32,000 nucleotides of DNA from Mycobacterium leprae TN (GTDB taxonomy: Bacteria; Actinomycetota; Actinomycetes; Mycobacteriales; Mycobacteriaceae): contig NC_002677.1 in assembly GCF_000195855.1 (NCBI RefSeq), positions 2,370,001 through 2,402,000 on the forward strand, read 5' to 3'. The notes beneath the pieces were generated by a model, which saw only the letters and a program-made list of their open reading frames with translations, was not told where the DNA came from and did no database searches. Shown in pieces: positions 18,277-28,985 of this stretch (positions within the stretch are counted from its first letter, which is position 1; every line of letters begins with the position of its first letter). The position numbers were made by a program, and so were the translations under genes.

Positions 18277-20256
18277 ATGCAGACTGACGAGCCGACCGGA
18301 ACAGCGACGTCAGCTATACGGATTCCCCCGCTGATCTCCTTGAGAACCACACTGATGGTGGCTGGCCTGCTGGGTAACGTGGTCGCCGTTGCCGCCTACG
18401 GACTGTTTTCGCGAACTGAGCGTTATGGCGCTGTCGGCAATCCGGATCCCGGAAGTTTCATCGGCGTTGCCGAACCCGTGGGGTACTTCGGTGCGTCGCT
18501 GTCAAGTGCGCTGTGTCTTGGAGCATTGATTTACTTCGTGATGATGGTCTGGCCGCAAGCAGACGGCTTGATCGATGCTCAGGCTTTTCGGATTCACCTT
18601 GCTGAAGAGCGTGTTTCGATCGGCTGGCTGGCGTTTGCACTGACGATGGTGGTGGTTCAGGCTGCTAACGACTCCGGTGTAACACCGGCTGAGCTTCGAA
18701 CTGGCGCAGCACTATTCAATGCCATTACAACTTCGGAGACCTCACGGGCTTGGATCGTTGTGACGATCTGTGCGTTGCTTGTTACGTTGACGCTGCGAGT
18801 CATCATCCGATACTCCGACCACTTTGTGCTGCTGATCCCCGCAGTGATTGGTGTTATCGCGACCGCGGTGACCGGTAACGCAGGGCAGGGACCGGACCAT
18901 GACTACGCCACCAGCGCTGTGATTGTCTTCGCACTCGCCATTGCCGCATTGAGCGGGCTCAAGATTACCGCTGCGCTGACGGAGGTGACGCCAAGCCGCG
19001 CTGTGCTGATTGTGCAAGTTGTGTGTGGGGTGCTCGCGCTAGCGTATGGAGCCGAGCTGGTCTATCTACTTAGCCCGGGCGCGGCGATGATCGATTCGGA
19101 CTTCGGTCGGCTCGGTCTGGTGGCCGGAGTGCTGGTGACCTTGGTGTGCTTCTCTGACTGCTGGGCGTTGGTCATGGGTCGGCCGCACTCGGATCACCGG
19201 ACACGTCTTACCGCACTGGCCATGATGGCCGTCACGGCGGCGACGGCGGCAATGTCTGTTCAAACTGCGCCGCGATTCCTCACCCACAGGTTCACAGCCT
19301 GGGACGTTTTTCTGGGCTACGAGCTGCCGCAGCCACCTAACATTGTTAGGTTTTTCACCGTGTGGCGGTTCGACAGCCTCATTGGAGCTACTGCCATCGT
19401 CCTCGGGATCGGATATGTAGCGGGCTTTGTCCGTGTGCGGCGTGCCGGCAACACTTGGCCAGTGGGGAGACTGGTGGCGTGGTTGACTGGGTGTGTCGCA
19501 CTGGTATTCACCAGTAGCTCAGGCGTGCGAACGTACGGTTCGGCGATGTTCAGCGTGCACATGGCCGAACATATGACGTTGAATATGTTCATCCCGGTCC
19601 TCCTTGTTCTGGGCGGTCCGGTCACCTTGGCGCTTCGTGCTTTGTCCGCGGCTGGTGATGGACAACAACCCGGACCACGTGAATGGCTAACATGGCTAAT
19701 GCACTCCTCCGTTACGGCCTTTCTTTCCCACCCGGTCACAAACTTCATCCTGTTCGTGGGGTCGCCGTACATCGTTTACTTCACACCGCTGTTCGATACC
19801 CTGGTTCGCTATCACTGGGGACACGAATTCATGGCCATCCACTTCTTGCTGGTAGGATATATCTTCTACTGGGCAATAATTGGTATCGATCCAGGGCCCC
19901 GACGACTCCCCTATCTGGCACGAATTGGATTGTTGTTTGCAGTGATGCCATTCCACGCCTTCTTCGGGATAGCGTTAATGACAATGACATCGGCAATCAG
20001 TGCCGAATTCTACCGCTCCGTCAATCTGCCCTGGCTGGCAAGCATTGACGCTGACCAGCATATAGGTGGAGCGATCGCCTGGAGCGCAACGGAATTACCT
20101 GTAATCATCGTCATAGTGGCGCTGATGGCCCAGTGGGCACGCCAGGACCATAGAGTCGCCGTCCGTGAAGACCGGCATGCGGACAGCACCTACGCCGATG
20201 ACGACCTAAATGCATACAACGCGATGCTACGAGAGTTGTCCCGGATGCGTCGATAG
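18277..20256 (+). CDS. Integral membrane protein, CopD-like N-terminal plus CtaG-like C-terminal region (Rv0102-like)
   Basis: 659-aa multi-TM ORF; CtaG-like segment [85 protein letters not shown] and [20 protein letters not shown]. Confidence 0.88.
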   Translation: MQTDEPTGTATSAIRIPPLISLRTTLMVAGLLGNVVAVAAYGLFSRTERYGAVGNPDPGSFIGVAEPVGYFGASLSSALCLGALIYFVMMVWPQADGLIDAQAFRIHLAEERVSIGWLAFALTMVVVQAANDSGVTPAELRTGAALFNAITTSETSRAWIVVTICALLVTLTLRVIIRYSDHFVLLIPAVIGVIATAVTGNAGQGPDHDYATSAVIVFALAIAALSGLKITAALTEVTPSRAVLIVQVVCGVLALAYGAELVYLLSPGAAMIDSDFGRLGLVAGVLVTLVCFSDCWALVMGRPHSDHRTRLTALAMMAVTAATAAMSVQTAPRFLTHRFTAWDVFLGYELPQPPNIVRFFTVWRFDSLIGATAIVLGIGYVAGFVRVRRAGNTWPVGRLVAWLTGCVALVFTSSSGVRTYGSAMFSVHMAEHMTLNMFIPVLLVLGGPVTLALRALSAAGDGQQPGPREWLTWLMHSSVTAFLSHPVTNFILFVGSPYIVYFTPLFDTLVRYHWGHEFMAIHFLLVGYIFYWAIIGIDPGPRRLPYLARIGLLFAVMPFHAFFGIALMTMTSAISAEFYRSVNLPWLASIDADQHIGGAIAWSATELPVIIVIVALMAQWARQDHRVAVREDRHADSTYADDDLNAYNAMLRELSRMRR

Positions 20257-20660
20257 ACAAGACCACCCGTTGTCGATGATACGACCTGACGCCCAGGCAT
20301 GTGGTAGTCATTGTCGAGGATGTGACTGTCCTGGTCAGGTCCAAGATTGCGGATTAAAACGTTGCAGGCGTATTGCCCTCCACGAAGTAGTGGGAAAAAT
20401 CCTCAAGGTAACATGTATAATCGAAGGCAGGTACCAGGCGGTAGGCTAACACTTTGGCGCCGAGGTCAGCGAACTGACGTGACGTTAACTAAAGGTCTTT
20501 CTCTGGCAGCTGCGTTAAAAACATGTTATGGGCACATCAATAACCTGAACTGCGGGGTTTCGATCTCCTCCGGCGTTTGTAGCATCTCGTATCACAATCA
20601 GGTAGCCGCCAGCGTAGGCGTAGTAGCGGGCTCAGTGCAGAACCTTGTCCAACCCGCTGT

Positions 20661-21010
20661 TCAACCAGGCATCAATGCGACCAAGTTATCAAGAAACTCG
20701 GCACTACTACGCGCGGCGGTCATGGCTTGAATCTTGGTGGCGTGATCTTCAGCGGAGGTCAATTCGATTCTACCCATTGCACCGCGCAACTTAGAGAAGA
20801 CCGTATCATCCAGATAGATCACGGCCACGCCACTGGCTCCGTACTCTCGCACAGTACGCGCACCATTGTTGCGGTTGCCGTAGCCGATGTCAGCATCGGC
20901 GATCACTGGCACCTGCACCGTCCGAAAACCGGACCGCTGAAAATTCTGGCAGCCAAACCATCATGGAAACCGGTTACCATCAGCAGATCCTCACACACCA
21001 ACAGCGACTT
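20661..21010 (-). pseudogene. PEP mutase / isocitrate lyase superfamily remnant
   Basis: Minus-strand fragment VTGFHDGLAARI ... TVQVPVIADADIGYGNRNNGARTVREYGASGVAVIYLDDTVFSKLRGAMGRIELTSAEDHATKIQAMTAARSS, compared with family pattern VPVIADADTGYGNA..VRTVREYE.AGVA..H.EDQVFPK. Short and frameshifted. Confidence 0.7.
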
Positions 21011-21316
21011 CAAACTTTCCACCGCATAACGACAATTAGCATGCCCTGGCATGACCTGACCGAAGTAATTACAGAAGCTCATATTCGAAGTCTTTACTTC
21101 GCACTTTGGCCATCACGAAGGCAAAGATTGCTACCTCCTGCAGTGGGGAGAGTCCGCGCTGCAGGAGCGATCACGCGGTCCTTACAGCTAGCCACCTTAG
21201 CCAACTACCGAAAAATTGCTGTTTAGCTCGATATTCGTGCAAATCCTTATGGTCGAGAAGGTCAAGGCATGGCTACGCATCTCTGGCAGTGGAATCCCTT
21301 GATAAAAGAAGTTTGT

Positions 21317-23569
21317 TCAGTCTGACGTTTGGGAAAGACCAAAATTACTTAGCCGCAAGCTGTTTGACACCACGAAAAACGACGAAAACGCCATGGCAGC
21401 ACCGGCGATCAAAGGATTGAGCAGACCACTGGAGGCGATGGGGATTGCCGCAACGTTGTAGCCGAACGCCCAGATCATATTAATCCGAATTGTCCGCATG
21501 GTAGCACGTGCCAGATCCAATGCCACCGGAACAACACCCAGGCTGTCGCGGACCAGAATGAGATCGGCGGCGCCGATCGCGACATCAGTACCGCGCCCCA
21601 TCGCCAAGCCTAAATCGGCACATGCCAAAGCGGGGCCGTCGTTGATGCCGTCTCCGACCATCGCGACGGTGTGCCCCTGATCACGCAGTCGTTGAATAAC
21701 GTCGACCTTAGCTTCGGGCAGCATATCGGCGATAACGGTGTCGATTCCTACCTGTGCTGCAACCGCACGCGCGGCGGCCTGATTATCACCGGTGAGCAAA
21801 ATTGTGTGCAACCCGCGGCTGCACAGTGCTGAGATGGCGTCGGCTGCTGAATCCTTGACGGTGTCGGCGATCGCGACAGCTCCACATGCAACACCATCTA
21901 CCGATACGAAAACTACTGTCTCTCCCCGTGATTCGCCTTCTCTCCGTGCGGATTCGAGAACGACGTCGCATGGCGCATTCCGGGTTACCCAGGACGGCTT
22001 GCCAATTTTGACATGGTGCTCAGCAACAACTCCCGATACACCGCATCCGGCAAACGCGACGAAGTCGGCAACCGGACGTGGATCTGCATAAGCGGCCACA
22101 ATAGCCGTTGCCACCGAATGTTCAGAGGCCGCTTCGACTGCGGAGGCGAGCGCCAGAACTTCCCCAGAACACCACCCGCCGGTTGACGTTACCGTGCTAA
22201 CGCTCAGCTGCCCAAGTGTCAACGTGCCGGTCTTGTCGAAGACCACGGTGTCAATCGCGTTGATAGTTTCCAGCGCTCGGTAACCCTTGATGAAAATCCC
22301 CAATTGAGCGCCTCTGCCGGAGGCAACCATCATAGCGGTGGGGGTAGCAAGCCCGAGCGTACATGGACATGCAATCACCAAGACCCCGAGCACCACAGAG
22401 AAAGCGCGATCTGGGCTGGCTCCAGCCAACAGCCAAGAGGCACCCGCCAATCCTGCGATGACAAAGACCATCGGCACGAACACGGCCGCGATGCGATCGG
22501 CGAGGTGCTGCACACGGGCCTTCTGTACCTGTGCGTCCTCGACGAGACGGACCATCGCCGCAAATTGAGTATCGCCACCGACTGCGGTAGCCTCGATCAC
22601 TAAGCGGCCGTCAAGCACTGTGGTGCCGCCCACCACGGTGCTTGCCGGCGACGCGTGTACTGGTCTGGCCTCGCCAGTGATAGCGCTCATATCGATCGTC
22701 GCAGTGCCATCGATGACCACACCGTCGGCAGTAATGGTCTCACCGGGCCTTACCAGAAAGTGCTGTTGCTTTTTGAGCTCTCCAGCCGGTATAGTAAGTT
22801 CTGCTCCATTGGGCAACAAGACCTCCACATTTTTGGCACCCCGAGCAGCGAGCGCTCGTAATGCACTACCAGCCTTGGACTTGGCGCGAGCCTCAAAGAA
22901 CCGACCCGCAAGAACAAAGACGGTGACTCCCGCAGCAACCTCAAAGTAGATCGAGTCGCTGTGCAGGATAGCCTGCCAAATTCCATGAGTCTGCCGTGGC
23001 TCTTTGTCGACGAAGATCGTCGACAAAGACCAACCGGTGGCCGCTAGGATACCAGCCGAAATCAACGTTTCCATGGATGCTGCCCGATAACGCGCGTTGC
23101 GCAACGCAACACGGTGGAAAGGCCACGCAGCCCATGTCACGATCGGGGCTGCTAACGCGGTAAGCAGGTATCCCCAGCCGGGGAATCTGTTCGTCGGCAC
23201 AATCGCAAACATGGTCGACAAATCGGCCAACGGCACGAACAGCAGCGCAGCGACAATGAGCCGCCGCAGCAGGTTGCGGGCATAGTCGGCGTCAGGATCA
23301 ATTTCTTCGACGGCAGACTCCGCGTGCGCAGTAGCACGATATCCAGCCTGTTCAATCACCTGACGCAGCTCATCAACCGCCACGTCGACGGCATCGATGG
23401 TCGCAACTCGGGTAGCGAAGTTGACTGATGCGCGGACACCGGGAATCTTGTTCAGCTTCGTTTCAACCCGGCTCGCACATGCCGCGCACAGCATGCCTGC
23501 AACATCCAGCTGAATACGTCGCACGGACTCATGATTATTATTAGTGTCCTCCACAAGCGAAGCTGTCAC
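21317..23569 (-). CDS. ctpB: P1B-type metal cation transporting ATPase CtpB-like, intact including the N-terminal HMA domain
   Basis: 750-aa ORF: [23 protein letters not shown] (HMA CxxC), [16 protein letters not shown] (CPC), [60 protein letters not shown]. Confidence 0.95.
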   Translation of the reverse strand: MTASLVEDTNNNHESVRRIQLDVAGMLCAACASRVETKLNKIPGVRASVNFATRVATIDAVDVAVDELRQVIEQAGYRATAHAESAVEEIDPDADYARNLLRRLIVAALLFVPLADLSTMFAIVPTNRFPGWGYLLTALAAPIVTWAAWPFHRVALRNARYRAASMETLISAGILAATGWSLSTIFVDKEPRQTHGIWQAILHSDSIYFEVAAGVTVFVLAGRFFEARAKSKAGSALRALAARGAKNVEVLLPNGAELTIPAGELKKQQHFLVRPGETITADGVVIDGTATIDMSAITGEARPVHASPASTVVGGTTVLDGRLVIEATAVGGDTQFAAMVRLVEDAQVQKARVQHLADRIAAVFVPMVFVIAGLAGASWLLAGASPDRAFSVVLGVLVIACPCTLGLATPTAMMVASGRGAQLGIFIKGYRALETINAIDTVVFDKTGTLTLGQLSVSTVTSTGGWCSGEVLALASAVEAASEHSVATAIVAAYADPRPVADFVAFAGCGVSGVVAEHHVKIGKPSWVTRNAPCDVVLESARREGESRGETVVFVSVDGVACGAVAIADTVKDSAADAISALCSRGLHTILLTGDNQAAARAVAAQVGIDTVIADMLPEAKVDVIQRLRDQGHTVAMVGDGINDGPALACADLGLAMGRGTDVAIGAADLILVRDSLGVVPVALDLARATMRTIRINMIWAFGYNVAAIPIASSGLLNPLIAGAAMAFSSFFVVSNSLRLSNFGLSQTSD

Positions 23570-23639
23570 GACCTTACCTCAAATCGGCGTTGGAGCACCC
23601 TACTAGCTTACAAGTGCAACCGCAGGCGGCTTTGACAAA

Positions 23640-24345
23640 GCACCCGCAGTTAGCCGGGCCCGCGGTCCGCGCGTTCCCGCAACCACTCCCGCTGGCGAAG
23701 GACAATGCCGCATCGACGACATGCCCATGACCTGGTACGTAGATGGAATCGAGGCCACCAGTTACGACTAATCGTTCAACGTTGCCGGCCACGCGGCTAC
23801 ATCGGAATCGGCGTCGACTGCGGGGTCGACGGACTCCTCGACCAGATCACCGGTAAAACACCACAACCGCGCCGCTGTCCGCGTCCATGCGAGGTACCAC
23901 CGCAACTAGATCCGAAGTGGTGTGTCCACGGCCCCAATGATGAGCAATGGTCACACTCCGGTCGCCGAAATTGATGACAGCGTCGTAGAGTCCGTGGTGT
24001 GGCGGGAGCATCGCCGCATAGCGGGTCGGTAGTCGACGACAGGTATTCGACCCACCTGAGGTGCACAGTGCATTTCAACTCCGACACAAACAGAATCGCC
24101 TAGGATGTTGTCGAAGTTCTTGTGCGTCAACACAACACGGAAGATCGGACTGCTGACAAGCTGCCAAACGTCGGTGTCGATCGCAGCCGCTTCGGCGAGC
24201 GTGGTGCTCGTGTCGACCAGCACTGCACCGGCATGGCACGCACAGCATCAGCCCGACTGTGATGTCGCAGACGGAAAGAGTCGATATGTCGGGTGTTTCC
24301 GACGTCGTGTACACATCTCGCGGCATCTTGACCAGGCAGCCGTTG
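23640..24345 (-). pseudogene. Metallo-beta-lactamase-fold hydrolase remnant (Rv1913-like by content and position)
   Basis: Minus-strand pieces: VCDITVGLML / CHAGAVLVDTSTTLAEAAAIDTDVWQLVSSPIFRVVLTHKNFDNILGD / INFGDRSVTIAHHWGRGHTTSDLVAVVPRMDA / GDLVEESVDP / LVVTGGLDSIYVPGHGHVVDAALSF. Frame changes between pieces; THxHxD is degraded to THKNFD. Confidence 0.75.
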
Positions 24346-25003
24346 TCCACGGAGGCTGGTGGCTGACGAACCGCAGAACCGTCAACACATCTACCAGCTG
24401 ACCGCTGAACTGTCGACGGAGCTAGGTGAATGGTTACATCTGTTAGAAACAGTTTCTGGCAGACAGGACTGGATGTACTCACCGAGACATCAAAGCCTGT
24501 TACGATCCTTAGTAGACCAAATTCATGGCGGCTCCGCTGGCGAAGGCGTGGCGGCTGCTAACCGAACCGGTGTTACGAGACTCTAGATGGGCAGCGGGTG
24601 AGGTGGCTACGGCGTTTGGCCACCAATTTACCCTCGACAGAACCGGTTACGGCAAACAACCCTAGCAAAGTGCTTGAAGTGGATCCACCCCACCGCTTTG
24701 TGTACACTTTCACTCCAAGCCTAGACGCTCACCTGGCACCTTGCCACGGAAGGTGCTGATACCAGAAGTATTTCTGAAACAAACGGTACGGGCTTTGATT
24801 TGGATGACAAACGTATGACTACGGCCTTCAAGCGCATGGGCCCTGGGTAGCGCGACGTCGTCCTCTCCCGTCTTGCCGAGGCTGCTTTCGCAGGCCGTTG
24901 CAAGGGCCACTTGGAAAATCAACTGACCGCTGCTTGCTGTACAACGCGACGCGTGTGCAACGATCACCAGGTGATCCTGCTAGCAGTATCCGGGTAGGAA
25001 ACG

Positions 25004-25940
25004 ATGCTCGCAGTCGCCATCACCAAGCACGGCAATTCATCGGTCTTACAGGTGCCGCAGCGGCCCAATCCACCCCCCCGCCGGGACAGGCCAGCGCGGG
25101 TCACTGTACGTGCCGCTGGAGTAAATTTTGCTAACAACCTCATCCGCATCGGCCTATATACAGACGCAGCAAAACTGCCGTCAGTAGTCGGTTACAAAGT
25201 CGCCAGGTCGGTGTAAGCCATTTAGAGACGGCGTCGATGAAAACCTTGTCGGAGAAAGAGTCTTGGCCGGTACACAATTCGTCGGCTACGCGGAAATCGT
25301 CAACGTTCCGGCGAGCGACACGACACGATAGTGTTCCCCGACGGGGTGAGCTGGCGCATAGGGAGCCAGCGATCCCGGTTAACTACGCGACTGCATAAGC
25401 AGCGCTGCTAACGCTACGAGTCCTGTGTGCCGTTGAGCAAGTACTAATTTCACGCAGCGTCGGGTAGTGTCAGCATCGTGGCCGTTCGACTCACTAAGGT
25501 CGCCAGCGCCGAAGTGCACGGCACCGCGTCGCCAGGAAAGCACCAGAAACTTGCTGAGTTGGATGTGAACCGGGGCGCCATCAACTACCGCCGCAACGAC
25601 TTGATGGAAAGGCCTCAGCCCCTATGATCTTGTTCTCGACGCACTTGGTGACACCTCGCTGCGGCATTCTTATGGATCTGCTGCGCGCTGAAGGAAGGCT
25701 TGTCGGTTATGGGATTTCTGCGATACAGCAGAACGAGAAGCGTTCGCTGCTCAGGGTGGCTCCACACACGTAGTCGATGCTAAAATCGATCATAGAGTGC
25801 TTAATAGGCGGCGTTGTGACCGGGCATGACGGTAGTGACTTGGACTCCATGGCATCCCTCACCACCGAGGTGGTAGCCGCGCATTGGAATAGGAAGATCA
25901 AAGAAGCCTTTGGAGCCAAGGCGATTTTTTAGTGACCACC
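25004..25940 (+). pseudogene. fadB5: Zinc-type quinone oxidoreductase/alcohol dehydrogenase remnant (fadB5/Rv1912c-like)
   Basis: MLAVAITKHGNSSVLQVPQRPNPPPRRDRPARVTVRAAGVNFANNLIRIGLYTDAAKLPSVVGYKVA; VDENLVGERVLAGTQFVGYAEIVNVPASD; KVASAEVHGTASPGKHQKLAELDVNRGAINYRRNDLMEG; VMGFLRYSRTRSVRCSG/GISAIQQNEKRSLLRVAPHT. Multiple frames and stops. Confidence 0.75.
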
Positions 25941-26019
25941 AGATTCTGGCGCAATAGACCATAACAAGCAATCACCAGTGGAAACAGATAACATGGCTTG
26001 CATACGGTAAGGAGCAAAT

Positions 26020-26148
26020 GTGATGTACCGTAACATGGTATCTTTGAAATTGGTGACGAATCTGACTACAGTTTCGATGAAACTTTGTTTCATATCGTTT
26101 TTAAGTTGTTCCGTGCTGCTAGCGACTGGCTTCGGTGGGAAAGTGTAA
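26020..26148 (+). pseudogene. Lipoprotein N-terminal remnant with a broken lipobox (possibly lppC-like by position)
   Basis: GTG ORF after taaggag: MMYRNMVSLKLVTNLTTVSMKLCFISFLSCSVLLATGFGGKV*. LLATGFGG resembles a lipobox LLATGCGG with the Cys codon now TTC (26131-26133). Confidence 0.4.
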
Positions 26149-26409
26149 GCAAACACATTTGCGGCGTGCTTACCGGGAGGAGTCAATACCTGTCTCATTC
26201 AACAACTCATGAGAGTGGAGTGCATTCGGTTAACCCATCCAGGACCAAGAGGATCTGCACGAAGGAGGCACGGTGATCACGGCAGGACACATGCAAGAGC
26301 AGTTCCACAGAGGCATGTTCGGGAACCGATGAGCTCGGTCAGAACAACGTCCGGCGCTAGGTTGGACACCACGGTTTAACCTTGGCACGGAATCTGATCC
26401 CGCTGCTGT

Positions 26410-26668
26410 GGTGCAGTTTCACTACGCCCGAGTGCGATCTGTGCAGTCGTACTCCCGCGCTGTCTACGCCCACGCTCATCGTGTCGTGTGGGGGAAGAAA
26501 GACATCGTGATCCCACTAAGCGCTGGGAGCGCCACCCATGACGCGATTGCTAGATCTCGGCTCGAGATCCTCGAGACTGGCCATATGTTTTTCTTGTCAG
26601 ATCCGTACGGCTTCTTCGCGGTCGTCGAGCAGTTTCTGCAATCGGTGGTGCTGCAACCATCCTCTTGA
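26410..26668 (+). pseudogene. Alpha/beta hydrolase C-terminal remnant
   Basis: WGKKDIVIPLSAGSATHDAIARSRLEILETGHMFFLSDPYGFFAVVEQFLQS resembles the family C-terminus (WG..D.v.p...a...a...P.s...e..GH......P..f...v..FL). No catalytic Ser region found upstream in the same frame. Confidence 0.5.
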
Positions 26669-26755
26669 TCGCTGATGCGTTCAAACTTTCAGCTCTCATG
26701 CGCCTGAGTGGCTAGCTCAGCCCAGGATCAGCGGAGAGCCGACGTGAGGATAGCG

Positions 26756-27480
26756 ATGCCGCTTAACACCCCTCTTACACAATTCTTCTAGATCGAACAC
26801 CCCGTCCTGCTTGCACCGATGACCGAGGTGTCCGGGGACCGGTTGGCCGCGATCGTGACCGCGGCCGGCGACCTCGGTCTCATCGGCGGAGACTACGGCG
26901 ACGCAAACTGGCTGCAGCACTAATCCGGCGAAGCGCAGCAGGAAAAGGTCGAAATCGGATTTCATCACATGCAGCCTCGCCCTTAACCCTGAGCGCTAAA
27001 CGCGATACTAGCGCGGCAACCAGCAACGCTCCATGTTGTCTTTCACTGATCCAGAGGCATTCGCCGTCCGTATTCACCAAGCTAATATTCCACTCTCATC
27101 TGCCAAGTGCAGACACTCAAGCAGGCACGCTTTGAACACCGAAGCGGACATAGTCATAGCCCAAGGCGGCGATACAGGTTGGCATGAAATAGGAGGTCGT
27201 TCAGCCTTCACCCTGGTGCCCGACGTCGTCGACCTCGTCGCCTAACAGTCGGCCAAAACGCTTGTGTTGGCCACAGGCGGTATCGCCGATGGTCGTGACG
27301 TCAAGACCGCACCGACCTTCGGTGACTATGGTACGCCGGTCGGGAGCCGATTATAATCCAGCACTGAGACGCCGGTTATGCCACAAGCTCAATAGCCAAT
27401 TATCCAGGACAACAGAGAAGACAGTGCCCGGACCTGAGTCTATGGCATTGTGCGGCAACGGAATTTATCCGAAATTACTA
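26756..27480 (+). pseudogene. Nitronate monooxygenase / 2-nitropropane dioxygenase-family remnant
   Basis: MPLNTPLTQFF*IEHPVLLAPMTEVSGDRLAAIVTAAGDLGLIGGDYGDANWLQH*; LSFTDPEAFAVRIHQANI / LICQVQTLKQA / TEADIVIAQGGDTGWHEIGGRSAFTLVPDVVDLVA; VLATGGIADGRDVKTAPTFG. Several stops and frameshifts. Confidence 0.75.
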
Positions 27481-28579
27481 CGCGCAGCTGGTTATTAACC
27501 CGTTGATCCAAGCATGGCATGGCAATGAGGATGGACTGTTTGGCGTTCCTACCGGAGACGGTGAGCGCCTTTGAGAAAGCGTTCGTCGAGTCAGGACTGC
27601 GATGTCGCCACTTCACTAGTTGGCGAGACTATAGGACTCATTCACGAAGTTCGCACCGCCGCACTGCTGTCGCTAGCTCGCCATAGTTGATCAACCGCTC
27701 GTCGATTATTAGCCCGACCCGGGCGAGATAGCCAGCCGCGGCTGCGTCGAGGACCGTTCCCGTGTTTATTGCGGCACAGTATCCTTCAATAACACCTTAA
27801 TGCAGAGGTAAATCACTCGGAGGTTAGCAACAACCGGATGGTCGCCTACTAAATGCGCTGAATAAGAATCACCTCACAACGGCACGTAGCTGCCTAGGAT
27901 GGGCTGTAATGCAGCGTGCATTGTCAGCATGGACATCAGCTCGAAGCTCGTGGGTGCACGTCGCCGCATCTGACCATGTATTCCTCGCACTTGTCCTCAT
28001 AGGGCCACATGGCGCCTTCCACGCAAAGACTTATCTCGTGCTCTCGTCCATCGACCGACATCTCATCGAACAGATTTCAAACAGTGGCGACAACGGAAGT
28101 GCTACCAGCAGCTTCGCCTCCACCTGATGGCGAAGGGTGTTCAGGTCTCGCGTCTACTCCCGGAGATCACCTTTCTGGACCCACCGGGTACAAGCACTCC
28201 CATGCCATTCCGTCACGAACCACGGTTACCGTGATCACGGTGTAGGCGGGGCCGCTGCCGTGCGCTTGATTGGTGTACCACACCAGCCGGGCTTCGTCGC
28301 CCTCGACCAACATAGGCATCCAGCATTCTCGAAATGCGTTCTCGAACTCACCTTCCGCGCACCCGCCGTACCTTGTGCATGAACAGCACGCTGTGACCTC
28401 CCACCCCCTGACGCTGGAACCGGAGAACACCATCGTTCAAACGGACGTTATATGCCAACCGTTTTTGGTTTCAACGCTGGGTCTACATATGCACAACAAT
28501 GCCCAGTGGTGACCTAGACCGGTGCGTTGAGAATCTGATTTCCTCAAGTAGGTAAAAATCTTCACGTAACAGACGTTCC

Positions 28580-28985
28580 TCATGGCTCGACTCGACGTGC
28601 CCGACGTCCTCGGTGGCGAAGCCGTCATGATCTGGACACTACGGCTGCAACTCGGTGGCATGATCGAACGGATGATCCGCGGCACATACCAGCAAAATAG
28701 CCCTGCCGGCCGGCGAACGCGAGTTAGCCGTAAGGCGAATCGCGCAGATCAACCACTGCGTCGCGTACTCTAGCTTTCGGGACCAATTGGTACTGGACAG
28801 CCGATGTCTCAGCGGGGCTTTACGCCAACGTCGCCTCGATGGACAAAACGTTCTTCGTGCGTCTACGGGACCTGTCCTCCAATGAGGAAATTCTCGATCT
28901 CACGCTTGTGCGTCGCGGTATAGATTGCGTGAACATCGCCATCGGTCGACGAACTGCTAGCCACCACACGGTTGGTGCGCAAACG
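28580..28985 (+). pseudogene. Carboxymuconolactone decarboxylase/AhpD-like remnant
   Basis: MARLDVPDVLGGEAVMIWTLRLQLGGMIERMIRGTYQQNS, ERELAVRRIAQINHCVAYSSFRDQLVL, and FFVRLRDLSSNEEILDLTL in different frames. The CxxC of AhpD-like proteins appears as CVAY. Confidence 0.55.

Noticed and set aside
18742-19772. Minus-strand ORFs of 91, 73 and 151 aa
   Set aside because: Shadows of the CopD/CtaG-like gene.
20347-21029. Plus-strand ORFs of 127 and 100 aa as a new gene pair between the CopD/CtaG gene and ctpB
   Set aside because: Minus-strand sequence in the same interval contains recognisable PEP mutase-family motifs, so the plus-strand ORFs are more likely incidental.
21498-22949. Plus-strand ORFs (60, 99, 99 and 109 aa)
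   Set aside because: Antisense to ctpB; repetitive shadows of the same kind as in ctpA.
23951-24482. Minus-strand ORFs of 96, 90 and 135 aa as new small proteins
   Set aside because: They are overlapping frames of one broken MBL-fold hydrolase gene.
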